Shown: positions 1-12,926, counted from the first letter of the whole stretch. The stretch: 54,091 nt of DNA, filler included, from Sphacelaria rigidula (GCA_964200075.2; 5 parts of 5 records of this genome joined end to end with filler, not necessarily neighbours in it), one strand, 5' to 3'. Numbers and translations: made by a program. The notes: generated from the sequence alone by a model not told the origin.

Positions 1-260
1 AACAGTGGAGAGGGACTATCTCGTGGGTACACAAAACTCGACTTCACGATCGACGAGGGAAAGGGACTGCTGAACCCCTCTCGCGATAAAAGATAAAAGG
101 CAAACACCACAGAAGGAAGGTGGGGTATTAAAAATAAATAAAAAACAAAAAGCTCCTGTCTGTGTTGACCTTCCTCCTGTGTGACCCCGGCCGATGCGCC
201 CACATATACCGAAAGGTGTAGACTGGTGCCCAGAATAAATGGGACAACACACACATACAC
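1..260 (+). mobile_element. tRNA-derived SINE family A, head cut off by window start
   Basis: Colinear with 10462-10712 (AACAGTGGAGAG...GAACCCCTCTCGCGATAAAA...AGAAGGAAGGT...TATACCGAAAGGTGTAGAC...GGGACAACAC); ends in a (CA)n tail. Confidence 0.9.
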
Positions 261-1107
261 AAGTAATGGGGTACCTCCGGCGATCAATTATCCTGCTTCT
301 GATCGCGGCGATACCCCTCTCGCAGCACAAAACGTTTCAGACCAGCCACACAGAGCTTTTTTTGTTTGCAAGAGATCGTGATTTTTATCATCATCCTTTT
401 GAACTTGTCCAAAAGATTCGGACTACTCGAAAAATAAGACGTCTCTGGCTGCTGAAAAACATAGCTTGGCGACCACAAGACGGCTCTTGCCAATACCTGG
501 CACAACCTCGTAGGAGTGCAATCGTAGATGAAGCACTGAGGCCTGCCGCCCCCGACCCAACAAATATCGCTCGACTGGTGCAACTACTGCTGTGTAGTTT
601 GAAGGGGTGTCATGACCAGCAACATGAACAGTGTTGCGGCGTCAAACTCAGCGGAGCAAAATAACATGATGGAATACAAGAAAAGTTCAAGGAAATATCG
701 AAAGGTTCCGGTCAGAATCTCCGCCCTGGAATCTCTCAAATGAACACACGAATCAGGAGACTGCAACGATTGTAGACAGATTTTGGGTACGACGGAGACA
801 TATCTGCGATTCGCGGGCACACGATGTCACGGAGCTCGGCACATTCCACGGCAAGTTGGCCATCTATGCTACACGAGAACAAATCACCACGAAATTGTGG
901 ACGTCATTTTGCGTCTCATAATGTTACTGCGCAGATTCGAATACAGCAGTATTGCACACACCAGACACATAAAATATATTTGGAGGGAAGAGGTGGGTAT
1001 CGTCATCTTCATGTAGTAAGTGAGTCCAGGAAGGAACCCCTGACTATTTCGGAGCCAACTCAACTTCAAGCTCGTGTTCGCTGAGCCATTTCGGTGGGGA
1101 CATATCT

Positions 1108-1326
1108 CGACGAGGGAACGCGGGACTGCAGAACCCCTCTCGCGATAAAAAATAAAGGCAAGCACCGCAGAAGGAAGGTGGAGCAGTAACAACAAAAACA
1201 AAAATGAGAAGAAAAAAGAAATCCTGTGTTGATCTTCCTTCTGCGTGACCCCGGCTAGTGCGTCCACATATACCGAAAAGTTTAGACCGGCGTCCAGGAT
1301 AGATGGGACGACAATACACAACACAC
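1108..1326 (+). mobile_element. SINE family A, 5'-truncated copy
   Basis: Matches the 3' two-thirds of family A (CGACGAGGGAA...GAACCCCTCTCGCGATAAAA...GATGGGACGACAA) plus an AC-rich tail. Confidence 0.88.
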
Positions 1327-3079
1327 GTGAGCAGCTGATGCTGATACGGTTGTATGACGAAACCCGAAAATTTTCAACTTCCTGAGGTTAAACCCGACGA
1401 TGACTCAGGAGTTGGCTTCCTCCTTTACTTAGCCAGAGATGATATTTTTATCATAACGTTCTCCATTATCCGAAATGAAATCCACAACCGAATTCGCCTT
1501 CGAATGGATTGATCGTTGTACGCCTGCGGTAAGCAGATTCACGCCCATCATAATCGCCCCCATCAACTGAGGGGGAAAAGGGGAGAATCCGCCGCACCTG
1601 AAATCTCACACCCCCGAGAAAATACAACCCGTTTGTTACTTTGAGCGCTGCACCCACCTGTCTGTGTAGGAGAACACTCAAGCCGCAAAAAATTAAACGT
1701 CGACTACATGGTGATATAACGAACGCTAGAGTTAGCGGAGAAATTGTTAAATCATAGGGGGCGGGGGGAGGGGGAACGAGCTGTTGTTCCGCGCTTGCGA
1801 TGTGTGACAGCGATAGGCAAGTGACACGAGTCGTGACGCACCTTCATCAGTACTTGTACCTACCAGTCCAACGGGAACATGCTGGGACACGGGATTCATT
1901 CTCTTGGTGTGAACTGTTGCATGTGGCAGTGACTGTGGTAATGTCCCTGCAGCGTTACATGTGCTTGAAGCGGCGGCGTTCTCGCGCTCGATAAAAAAAT
2001 GCCACACGCTCCCCGTTCCTCTGGATTCCTCTCGGTGTTTTGGATGACGTGCCGATACACGGCAACACACATACACGCAGAAAGACAAGTCAGAACATGC
2101 ACAATAAATGTTCTCGGTATATCGGTGGAATAGATTCACTCATAAATCTTTGTACGATAAATACCGAGCACGAGGTGGAAATATATGAAAAAAAGGTATG
2201 CTTGCGAGATCAACACAGAAATCTATTCACCACACAGCATCCTGTTTGTTTGACTCCTTCAGTCACATATAATCCAGTGTTGACAAAACACAAAATAAAA
2301 AATGTTTGCCACGTTATTTGCTTGCCAAAAAACCACTCCCATCCATCCCATCTAGACATATACGCAAGGCGGGTTCAGAAAACAACCATTCATCATTGCA
2401 GCGACAAAGCCAGGGAGGAAATTGAAGTTCAGCAGGAGTATGCGCAGCGACGAACATGCTACGAACTGAGCCGGTTTGCTTCAACAAGTGTTGCGGAGTA
2501 TATCTTATGCGCTCCGCACTCCTCCTCTTTACAACCATGCATTACCACTGCTGCACCGGTTCGGAAGTACACCCGCGCACGACTAAAGCTCTGATCAATA
2601 CATCATCAATTGGTAGAGAAGTACACCATGCGCTGCACTGACTCGTGTGTTGTAATTGTTACAGACGAGACCAGCATAACAGCGTTCGCATACGATCCAC
2701 GCAAAAAAATATGACACAGACGAAGGTCAGTTTTCATCTCGGGAGTATGATCGGCACAAATACGGAAAGTGTATCTATCCGCATGCGCCAGAGAAATCCT
2801 GGAGTTCCGTCCTTACTAAAGAGCAAGGCCTCCACGAACCTGTGGGCACCAGGCCTCGTCGAGATAATAGCCTGGCCGACAACGCCCGTACCCTTGACGC
2901 TACAGCTGCGTAGTAACTCTCTGTGTGCAAGCGCCACCTTCGACGATCACATAACATTCAACACATCCTGCATTCCGTCACCTCCAAGTAAAAATTCGTG
3001 TGCGTACAAGCTGTGACCGAAGTAGCTGGTTTTATCACATATTCCTTGCGGCCTGCACAAAAGGTTCGACGTATCTTGA

Positions 3080-3177
3080 CCCTTAGACCGCGAGGTTAGT
3101 CTTCTGTTGAATCGGCATCAATTATTTCAAGTGAAAAGTATGCATGATCCAGAGAGACTAATCTCGCGGTCTCAGGG
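3080..3177. mobile_element. piggyBac-type MITE (~98 bp)
   Basis: TIRs CCCTTAGACCGCGAGGTTAGTCT / AGACTAATCTCGCGGTCTCAGGG; core TGAATCGGCAT...GCATGATCCA shared with 4144 and 14110; flanks TTGA/TTCC are degenerate TTAA. Confidence 0.75.
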
Positions 3178-4143
3178 TTCCCGGTATATTTGACTGTAAA
3201 TTACTGTAGAAAGTACCGAGAACCTGGAGCTTGAGACACCTGCATGATAGCTTGGCGCCCAAGAGATGGGAACATTTCAACGATCATATTAGGCGGGTTT
3301 AGCGGGAGAACGAGACGTACCAGCATTCTGCCAAATCCACAAGGAAAAATTAATCCCAACATGCCGGGGGTATATGACAGCAAGGTGAACTGGTATGATC
3401 ATTCCGACAGCGCAGTAACGTCGGTAGATGGCAATCTAGCAGCTGCGATTGATGCCCCATTGGGCCGCCAACCTCCTCTCGGAATTCATCGCCGCCTGAC
3501 TCTCAACACTAATGATCTCGACACTACAGCTGAGCAGCTCCTGTCGCTGGCGATCAATCACCAACTACATATCGTGTAGTATGCGTAGCCGCCAACCCTG
3601 ACTTCACCTATGTTGTCTGTAACCATATCAGCTGTTTCGCTATCTTCCGGCGGCCGGCCTAGGATTGACCTGTGGCATCCGGGGCCGAAGGGATGTTGCA
3701 TATTATTATGTGACCAGTCCTCCAAAATTATGCCAGTCCGTGGTGACATGATTTTGTAGGAGGAAAGATCGATCGGGCTGAGGAGCCTTGGCACACCAAG
3801 CTGCACACCGACAATCGTGTCTTGGAAAACAGTAGAAAAAATAATTATTGCTTCAATTAAACCTGTCCGGGCTGTGCGACATAGCTACAGCGGGGGTATG
3901 TGGACGTTGAATTTAGGATTCATTGTTGTTGCATCGTCGTACATCTTGATGGATGTGCTCAAGTACTACAACTAACTGTTGCACCTCACTGTTGAAACAA
4001 GATTTTGACAGCGACAATGCTCGCGACACCCATCACAGCCGTACCGTTGAAAAGATATATCGTCAAGACCTGCCAAATGACTTGCTCCTTCGACAGTCCA
4101 GCCTCTTGCGTCTGGAAAAATCGAGTTCAGCTATACATCTTAA

Positions 4144-4238
4144 TCCTTTGACCACGAGGGTAGGTCACCTGCTGAATCGGCATCAATATTCGCTTGAAAA
4201 CAGTATGCATGATCCAAAGGACTACCCGCGGTAGAGGG
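4144..4238. mobile_element. piggyBac-type MITE
   Basis: Same family; TTAA on both sides (4140-4143 and 4239-4242). Confidence 0.8.
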
Positions 4239-6441
4239 TTAAATTCAAGGGCGGCTACTTCGACAGGGAGTGTCGGTAACCTGTGCAACAGCGAGCCCCT
4301 GAAGCAACCATGAGATAAATTTCCTTTAATCGAGGCAACAGACAGTTCGGGAAACTCAAGGTACCAACACGCAACCGAACCAGCCCCCCCAAAGTATCGT
4401 TGTGACTAGATGTGCCGGGGGGGGGCTAGGCATTCGAGGCTGGCAGTCAACGGACTTCTATGGTCCATCGTGTACTTGTTGGGCGCGGAGAACGCTAGCA
4501 CTTTGCTTGATCAATCACGAAAAAAAAAACACGGGCGGGCGGGCGGCGGAAACTCCTGCGCATGTTGGCGTTTCAATTCGACCCTTGCTATGAATAAAGC
4601 GGTATTTGTGACTACCTTCAATTGTGTTATCGAGAACGGTGCAGTTATGCCGAAGGCGGTCCGATATACTATTATATTCTACAATTGAATTAGAGAGCAG
4701 AGCAGAGTCGATAGTAGATAGTCCGAATACTCGCCGTGTGTGAGTCGAACTAAGTTGACAGAAAGCGCCGCGGGCGTACAATTTAGATACAAGATACACC
4801 GAACGGCACTGAGTTTGCACTGTGGGTTCATTCGACGCTCTTCACGTAAAACTCAGACGAATGAAGGGAGCGAGCCTCCACCAGGGAAGCGCCTTCGTGT
4901 CTTGTCTACGTGTACTATGCATGTGTGGGAGCACAGAGCATGGGCTTGACATGTATGCAGCTTTGTCCGCCCGCGAGACTTACCAGTTCATCAGTCCCGC
5001 AGAGCAGCAATGAATGTACAAGGCGCGCACCGTTTTTCACCCTCCGGGAAAACAACAACACAGATGACGCACCCACACACAAAGTGCATGTTCTGTACGG
5101 TGACATAAGAGAACGTAGGGAAATTATCCTGAGGCCGAACAATTTGGTAGCTATACTAAACACTAAATACAACAAGTATGCTAGCCGGGGTGCCAGAACT
5201 AGCAACATATACACCCCTTCGAGACCCTTGACCTTGTGTACTGCAACAGTACAGGCCGATAGAGTGATACTTTGACGTCAATTTCGACGAGCCAGATTGA
5301 ATCCGTGACCGCAGAGAAGGTGGATCATCTGGATCTTACCATCATTCTTCGACTACTGCTAAAAACGATGCCGATTCGACATCCAACGCCGGGTGGTCAC
5401 GGTGTCAGCGCATTGCGGCATGTTGTGACATATATCGTTACAAGTTGGAGGTTTAATTTGCTGTAGATTCACCGCTTCTTTTGCACGGCAGACGATATTC
5501 AAAAGCGCAGTCAGGCGGAGCAGGGCATTTCGAGGTGGTGTCCAACACACACACACGAATGTGGCGAAATTTTGTCGCCGGAAAAAGCAAACACACCAGA
5601 CAACGGAAAACACTGCAAGACGGTCTGTGTCACAAACTGCGAAAATATGACATACTATACCCTCAAGGCTGAACTCCTGTCAGACAGGGGTGAGAGCAGG
5701 GCACGGGGGAGGAGGCCAGGCGACCGACTGCTCTTTTCAGATTATAGTACACTCACATGTTGTCATTGAAAAAATCCTCTCTGTTGAGAGTTTGACCCCA
5801 GCTCTGCCGCAGGTTCAGAAGGGCTAACAGGAGCATCTTTCACGCGATTTCTGTCGGTATACAAGTTTTACGATCTTGTGGTTCGTACAAAAACCACAGG
5901 GCCACAGATTTTTCTCTCCACCTGAAGTGCGGCTGGAGCTGGTGGGGGTGTAAACAGTCCTGCAGCCGCTTGACTGGTGGACTTACCCCGTGTCTCTTGT
6001 ATCTTTCATGATCACTACTAGAAAGCCTAAGCGGTCAAACCTCAAGATGAGTAATCGGTGCACCTAGGCCATCTACTGCTTATCTACGGAGGGAGTAAAG
6101 CTGCGGAGAGGTGACGAGACTTTTTTCAAGCAATCCTGCTGATAAAAGACAGGAAAGAGAGGAAATCCCCAAGTCCGAGCGGAGAAACACGCACAAAATA
6201 AGAGCGTTATGGAACATCTCCGCAGCCGAGTAGGGGTCGTTTGCTTTCCGTGAAAAGTCATTGTATACACACAGCACAAGCCCGCTGTTTTCTACAGCCC
6301 GAGGGCCCGCACAGCTGTGGCAACACGGGGATTATGTAAGCGTCCCTGGATTCTAGCCGAGCTGGAACAATCTTTCCCTCCGTTCCTGTTTACCATTTGC
6401 CGCTGTACAGATGCCCATTTCAACAAGCTCTATCCTTGCAG

Positions 6442-6483
6442 GTGTTTCACGGCATCAAGCAGCGCAACTGGATCCTGAACTAA
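6442..6483 (+). CDS. Possible terminal coding exon (VFHGIKQRNWILN*) of an unidentified gene
   Basis: Acceptor CTCTATCCTTGCAG; 12 of 13 sense codons end in G/C; in-frame TAA. No upstream partner exon identified. Confidence 0.4.
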   Translation: MFHGIKQRNWILN

Positions 6484-7074
6484 TATCCGCAACTAACTTA
6501 GCTAGAGGGCAACCGATACTGTTTCGTCTGTAAAATACCGGCTGTAGTGCAGTCTACTGGTCAGGCTGTACACAAAAGATATCTTTGGTGCGCAGTTCGT
6601 TACAGAGGTGGAAATACTACAACACTCACATCTCCTACATTGTACCTTTCCACTCTTGGCAACGAGGATAATATTTTACCCACCTGCTGATCACCAGCAC
6701 AGTCACAGTGCCCCCCCCCCTCCTCTTCTCCCTTCCCCAGACAAGTCTTGAGAGCTCGAGATCCAAAAGCTTGGCAGTCCCAAATAATCAATTTTGAACA
6801 GCAGGGTGACGGGGGCTGACGGGTACAAATGTTGCCCCTGATCCTGGCGATCCCTCCCTGCGTCGTCGTCGTTACCAATTACCTCGAAACGACAACCGCC
6901 TCTCACACCACAGTCTATGTAGTGTAAAGACGTACACGCAGACAACGCCGTAGTGTAAGATATCCCAGTTTCTTGCCGAGGGCACGGATGGGATAAATCA
7001 ACTTGTGATCACTCCCGCCCGATGACACTGACTCTATATCAGCGCCTGCAGCCCTGCCCCCCCGTTTGCCTTTT

Positions 7075-7450
7075 GAGGAAGATGCAATGAAATAATAAAA
7101 TCGCGGGAACCACACACTGGTTGGTAGTGAAGAAGAAGAGTGTACTGTCTGTCTACTTCGCTTCCTGTGTGCTGGTGTCTGGCGTTCAGCCGTTATTTTG
7201 TTATTTTCGACAAAATAGACCGTAACAACAGCCGTACCCCCCCCCCCTTTAATGATCCTCCACACTCTGCGTGCTCCCTGTGAACCACTGACTGTATAGT
7301 CGGACTGCTGATAGATGAAGACGCAACGACGGGCCGTCTGGGCCGTAAGTCGGTGCGTATATCTCCGTGGCGTTCAGCAGTAGTAGCTGAAGCACTCGAG
7401 TATCAACCCCAGATGTTGGAACAACCGGGAGCAACTCGCGTACGACAGAA
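7075..7450 (-). mobile_element. Possible 3' end (PPT + LTR start) of a decayed LTR retrotransposon
   Basis: Minus strand: an ORF stop runs into the purine tract AAAGGGGGGGGGG, followed shortly by TGTTGTTAC; no second LTR seen. Confidence 0.25.
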
Positions 7451-7952
7451 CCGTTCGTTTATTTGAAAGTAACCGCCGAGATCCACAAGATTTTGCTTAG
7501 TTCCCTCTTGCACCACGATCTGCTTTTCCGGGTCGGACTGTTCAACCCTTTTGTATTACACCCCTCATACCACTGCAGCACCTTCCCATTGCATATCCCA
7601 CCGCACCCCTGTGGGACTGCAATATTACCGTGACCACCAAAACTTCGTTCACTTATCTTCTTGGGTCTCTTGTATTCAAATTTCAGCAGAAACCAGTAGC
7701 AAGCTACTGGAATGATATCCACCATCACCTCCCCACGAAAGGAAACATATTCTCAAATATTCATCCCTCCGTTCTCTGTTGTCACCTAGATATAGGGTCT
7801 GAAGTTTCGCCACGAAGTTTTTACATGAGCGGCAAAATATGTAGTATCATACACTAATGATCACCAATATAATGGACATAATAACACACTTCGAGATTTG
7901 GATTTGGGAATAAGTATGTTTCAAGAGGGTATTTTTCGACGGCAAGCGGAGG

Positions 7953-8005
7953 ACTGAATCGGCATTGTTTTCACTTCAAAAGGGTATCATGATCCAGAGA
8001 TGAAC
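7953..8005. mobile_element. Fragment of the piggyBac-type MITE core
   Basis: CTGAATCGGCATTGTTTTCACTTCAAAAGGGTATCATGATCCAGAG matches the 3080/4144/14110 core; TIRs eroded. Confidence 0.55.
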
Positions 8006-8277
8006 CATGCATACTGTCTGTGGGTCATGGATACTTTTTTCTAGTGAAAAAAATGCCGATTTACAATCAGCCCTCCTCACACCCCCCGTTGGTCCGGTCT
8101 CAACATTGTACTGAGAAAAGTTGCACGACCGAACCATTTATCTTTCAGTATAGATATATTGTAGTTCGATCGGTTCGTTTACGGATCTTTTGCGCAGTGT
8201 AAGTATACCTTTTCTGCGTGTACTGGTAGAGGTCTTGCTTCTATCCTTCCTCCACCGACTTTCTTGGTTTATGGGTA

Positions 8278-8303
8278 GGTATATATATATATATATATAT
8301 ATA
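8278..8303. repeat. (TA)n microsatellite
   Basis: Direct reading. Confidence 0.95.
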
Positions 8304-9583
8304 TTATGCTCCTGTTATTGCACTTCGTGACCGCCGGTTCGAGAGAATAATGAGCTACATAATGGAAATAATCTGGCCATTTTTTGCCAGCCCCAAACCA
8401 TGCGTAATCAGTTACAAAAACTACGGCGAATGCGTTGAATTCCGACTCAAGACACAGTAGTAGTATCTTCATCCTTGTCGTTTCTTTTTCTCCTGCTTGA
8501 CCAGAACTTGAACTCCGTCCACCCCATCCTCCCTCCCTGCTGTCTTATGCGCAGTAAAGCCAGCAGACTACAGTACGTACAACCAAATCCGCCGCTTACG
8601 GAAACTTCAAGATTAATGGACAAAGTACAGTGTTCAGATCTTCATGGGGGTCGATGGTACAGCCCCGGAGGGCTGATTTCCCAACCGGTCCGAAATAATG
8701 GTTGGTACCTTAACTGAGATGCCGCCAACCCCATCAACACCAACTCCAACCCTAACCCCGACCAAGAGCATGAGAGAACCCTCGGGCACGGGTGGTGCAG
8801 AGAGTGTCCTAGGCAATCTGTGTGTTGGCAAACACCCCCAATTGCGCGTTTATTTTGCTCACGTCGGTGCCGATGCCCCATCTGGTACCCTCTGAATCCC
8901 CTGTTGCCTGCGGGTTTCTGGTCTTCCTCGTGCTACGGTATAATAGAGCATGGGTAGGGTGATGATGCTCTTTGATTGGGCGAGGGTTCTTTCCAAACCA
9001 TCGAGAATGCGATTGAAACCACATCTAACATCCGACCCTAAAAACCACTATTTAGGACCACAACGGAAGCAGCAGGTGATTTTCAGTCTGTAAAAGTTAG
9101 TTGCAGGCGTTTGCGGCCAACCATTTTACCATGTGACGACGAAGGAGTCAATACGTGTGATCTGAAATGACGTATGAACTGCTAGCGAGTGGCTCAAGCG
9201 GACAAATCAGCTAGCAAAACGCCTTCAGTATTTCTATCGCACCATAGGAGCTGCACCAGCAAGGGCACATACGCAAGAGGAGTACCATATAGACTATGCA
9301 GACAGAGGCACGCGGCCGTGACGGACGCTTAGCAAGCCGTCATTATTTTCTAAATATATTGCGGGTGAACAATCCGACGAATGGTTGACGAGCAGCCGGC
9401 GAAGACTTCAAAATCAAGGAAACAGAAGCCTGGCTGGTTTGACCATACTGGACAGAGGTTTCAGGATCTTTATTGTGGGCGCAGTATGTGTCAGTCAGAG
9501 GGTTTGGGATCCTCACGGTGGCGCAGTTTTGCTCTTGCAGAATCAATCACAATGTGGTGCGTTGATTGGCATGATAGATTTTT

Positions 9584-9697
9584 GGTTTTTTGCTAGGCTG
9601 TGACCACGCACGGAAGGCGTCCGCATCAGATGCCCAGTACGAATGTACCGCGCAGATATCGGAACGGTTTTTAATGTGAAGACAACAACAACAAAAG
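9584..9697 (+). mobile_element. Retroposon 3'-end family B with (ACA)n tail
   Basis: Near-identical to 31067-31177 (ACGGAAGGCGTCCGCATCA.ATGCCCAGTACGAATGTACCGCGCAGA.ATCGGAACGGTTT.TAA.GTGAAGAC) followed by ACAACAACA. Confidence 0.75.
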
Positions 9698-10189
9698 ATT
9701 GAATCGAAAGGGGCGCTTCATGGGCCGGAACTTCTGACTCCCCTTCCCCCCCCGCACCCCCGGAGATAAAATTCCAACTTTCGGGCACCCGAGAGTCCAA
9801 AAGTAGAATTCGTTGGTATTTCAATGGTGTGTCCCACAACAGTGTCTCACGTTTCGTTGCATACGCTGCAGATAACAGTGTGTCAGTAGTTACCAACGTT
9901 GCTCAACAAGCACCGCAATGGTACTGTACTAGTTGCTTGGCCATACGGGTCACAGCTCCTGCTGCTGCTGCTGAGCGGGCCGACGGAGCTGCTTGGCAAG
10001 CCACACCCCAAAGGTGACGCGGCAGGCTGGGGCACGTCCATCTTCGTGAGCTTTGGGGGGAGAGGAGGGTTACAAGGTTTGCGAAGATAGTTAGGGTAAG
10101 GTAGGGTACGAAGTCAGCTATTTCGGCGTTTGGGTGCCCTGGTCACTCTCTAAGCTGACTAATTTCGACAGTCCGTACTTCGTACGTAC

Positions 10190-10359
10190 CCTTGGTACCT
10201 GTGATTTTGGGCAGTCGATACCGTGAGCAGTCGGAGTACCCGGTACGTGGGTGTACTCAGTACTCCGGGCACCAAACAGGGTATTCCAGAGGGCGGGTTC
10301 CCGAGGTACCTCGGGATACCCTATTTTTCCCGCAATATACCCTGGATACCCCAGGATAC
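10190..10359. repeat. Degenerate GGGTACCC-type low-complexity/satellite segment
   Basis: Recurrent GGTACC/GGATACC/GGGTA motifs. Confidence 0.55.
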
Positions 10360-10716
10360 CGGTCGCCCCGGTGGCTCAGTTGGTAACCTCGTAACCCTCT
10401 GACGGGTGGGTCGTGGGTTCAATTCTCGGAGCGATCTGGAATTTCTTCTCACACCACGCCCAACAGTGGAGAGCGACTACGCTGTGGGTACACAAAAAAC
10501 GACTTATATGACGAAGGAAAGAGATTGCTGAACCCCTCTCGCGATAAAAATAAAGGCAAGTACCGCAGAAGGAAGGTGGGGTACCAAAAACAAATAAAAA
10601 AGAAAAAGCTCCTGTCTGTGTTGACCTTCCTCCTGTGTGACCCCGGCTGGTGCGCCCACATATACCGAAAGGCGTAGACTGGCATCCAGAACAGATGGGA
10701 CGACAACACCCCCCCC
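10360..10716 (+). mobile_element. Full-length tRNA-derived SINE family A
   Basis: Pol III A box TGGCTCAGTTGG (10372-10383) and B box GGTTCAATTCT (10416-10426); body shared with three other copies; CA/C tail. Confidence 0.92.
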
Positions 10717-10723
10717 AGTATAA

Positions 10724-10739
10724 ACAGTGTTTTCGTGAG
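10724..10739. mobile_element. Left TIR of the TA-flanked MITE family, cut by contig end
   Basis: ACAGTGTTTTCGTGAG matches the family TIR. Confidence 0.6.
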
Positions 10740-10839
10740 NNNNNNNNNNNNNNNNNNNNNNNNNNNNNNNNNNNNNNNNNNNNTTAATTAATTAANNNNN
10801 NNNNNNNNNNNNNNNNNNNNNNNNNNNNNNNNNNNNNNN
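10740..10839. other. Artificial contig linker (N44-TTAATTAATTAA-N44)
   Basis: 100-bp N spacer with a six-frame-stop TTAATTAATTAA core; identical at four positions. Confidence 0.98.
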
Positions 10840-10886
10840 CCATCAGAAGGTTACGAGGTTACCAACTGAGCCACCGGGGCGACCGG
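10840..10886 (-). mobile_element. Head of SINE family A, cut by contig start, inserted in a TA-MITE
   Basis: Reverse complement of CCGGTCGCCCCGGTGGCTCAGTTGGTAACCTCGTAACCTTCTGATGG. Confidence 0.85.
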
Positions 10887-10887
10887 C

Positions 10888-11152
10888 TACTGAGAGTGAC
10901 TTTGATAATTCGCTGTAACTGAGCCAACTCTGTATTCCGTGTGTGCTTTGCTTTGCCTCCATCACTGGCGTGTGCTTACAGCTACACGTCGATATCCTAT
11001 TCAGGGATACCAAGGGTCTCAGTGGCAAGCGACTGTGGAAACCATATTGGGCCTCGGGGAGGGGCATTTCGGAACTGAAACGATTCATTCACTAATTGAC
11101 CGCTCTTCACTCTCAATCGTATCCTCTACTCTCAATCTCACAAAAACACTGT
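10888..11152 (+). mobile_element. TA-flanked (Tc1/mariner-type) MITE, right part
   Basis: Homologous to 12648-12926 and, inverted, to 44720-44984; ends CTCTACTCTCAATCTCACAAAAACACTGT+TA. Confidence 0.8.
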
Positions 11153-12647
11153 TACGAGTACATGAACGATGTTAAGATAGACAACTAATGTGCACTGGGT
11201 TGACTCTCGAAGGGGCGGAGCCTTACGGCTATGGTGGCGCCGCAACTATTGCATTGCACTCGTGATGCGCACCTTGCTCATGTAAACACAACAGTAGTAC
11301 CTGTCTCATCGGCGCCCGGACCGCCGACCAAGAAGCACGGCACTCTCCTCATTCGGCGATGTTTCGATGAGCCGGGAAACCCTATTGTATAATTCCCGAA
11401 TAGAATTGAGACACAAGTTTCCGCCGAGTCGACATGCTCGAGACGTGTGAAGATTTCGGAACCGGAACATGAGTTTCCCGAACCGTAATAATATCGATGC
11501 CCAGCGGTAAGGAAAAACCGGTCAACCGTCACATTTTTCGCACGAAACGGCACGCATTGCACCAGCAATATAGTGTCCTTGTGGCGACCCAGCTATACGG
11601 CTCCGCCCCGGCGGGTACAGGAATGCGCACGATCGGCTCTGCTGGAAAACTGCATCCGCTCGGCAACGGCGAACGTCTCACGCCAAGTTCAAACCGTACA
11701 CGGCCCTGACGTGAGTCATCCTTGAACCGCTTCAGGAATATGGCACCCGGAAAAGGGCACCATGTAACATCGGTGACGTAAAACGCCTTTGAAAAAATTA
11801 TTATCAATAGCGTAATGTCACAAAGGTGCCCCGATCCCGCAAAAATTGGAGCTCGGAAATGGTTTGTCTAACCGTTAACCAGTTGAATCGTTACGCGTAG
11901 CGCACTCACCAACCAGTTAAATGGTACATAATAGTCCCCGAGCGGCGCAGCCGCGAGCTAAAAAGCCCCCCCGGCAGAGGGGGCCCCGCCGGAGGCGTCT
12001 CCGTAGGACCCCACTAGGGGCGTAGTGCCGGAGGCACGTTTTTACGCTATTTGACTTCAAGAGAGCAAACAAATACATCAAATTTGGGCCAATTTTCAAG
12101 ACTGTATGTAGCATAGGTAGCTGTTAACGGTAAATAATAGTTCGAAATCATTATCCAAAATGTTCATATAACCATGACCATCATTACCATTAAAATAATT
12201 ATGGCCAGTTACAAGTGGTACCGCTTCCGAGCTCTTGCAAAAATTCAACACGGACAATCGACACGCCACACACCACCACAGGAAAACAATCGACAAGTAA
12301 AGCAGAAAGCGACGCGTTGTACGAAGCGACAACCTGGCGAACGTAGATTAACAAGCAAACATATTTTCATCCTGTCCATGAATTCGGTGTCTCGACACAT
12401 TTTGTCAAAAAGCGTGCACAGTACAAAGGCCACATCATCTGGATTACTACCGCACCATTCTCACCAAACACCCACAACGCACAAGGGAAGCCTAATGACA
12501 AGAGGCACCAAATTCTATACCTGTAGCGGAAGTCGCCAGCCGTGTCCTTGCATAGCTAGCGCACGGTATCGCGCTGCAGCCGGCGAGATCCACTTAAGGA
12601 AAACTCGCGCGCCCTTTTCGTCAAGTCTTTTCTGTAGTACACTTTCA

Positions 12648-12926
12648 ACAATACTTTCGTGAGATCGAGAGCAGTGCGTTGATTGAGAGTGGATTTCAAG
12701 ATCCGCTGCAACTTGACCAATTTCTTATTCTGTGTCTGCTGTTCTTTGCTTGTAACACTGGCATGTGCTCACAGCGGCATGTCGATATCCTACTCAGGGA
12801 TATCAAGGGCTTCAGTGGCAAAAAACTGCAGAAAGCGTATCAGGCCTCGTGTAGGGGCATTTCGGAACCGAAACTGTTCATTCGGATATTGACCGCTTTT
12901 CACTCTAAATCTCACGAAAACGTTGT
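12648..12926 (+). mobile_element. TA-flanked MITE, complete
   Basis: TIRs ACAATACTTTCGTGAGATCGAGAG / CTCTAAATCTCACGAAAACGTTGT, followed by TA; internal GTCGATATCCTA.TCAGGGATA.CAAGGG...GGGGCATTTCGGAAC shared with other copies. Confidence 0.8.

Noticed and set aside
2100-3830. Decayed transposon coding remnants (also 15000-16250, 35660-36600 and 40000-41300)
   Set aside because: Coding-like texture but no motif I can name with confidence; needs a translated HMM search.
10365-10436. Functional tRNA gene
   Set aside because: A/B boxes are present but there is no proper acceptor/anticodon cloverleaf, and the sequence continues into a multi-copy SINE body.
10724-11152. One TA-MITE spanning the first gap (left TIR before, right TIR after)
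   Set aside because: The contigs appear to be length-sorted, not neighbours; these are most likely two separate copies of a common family.
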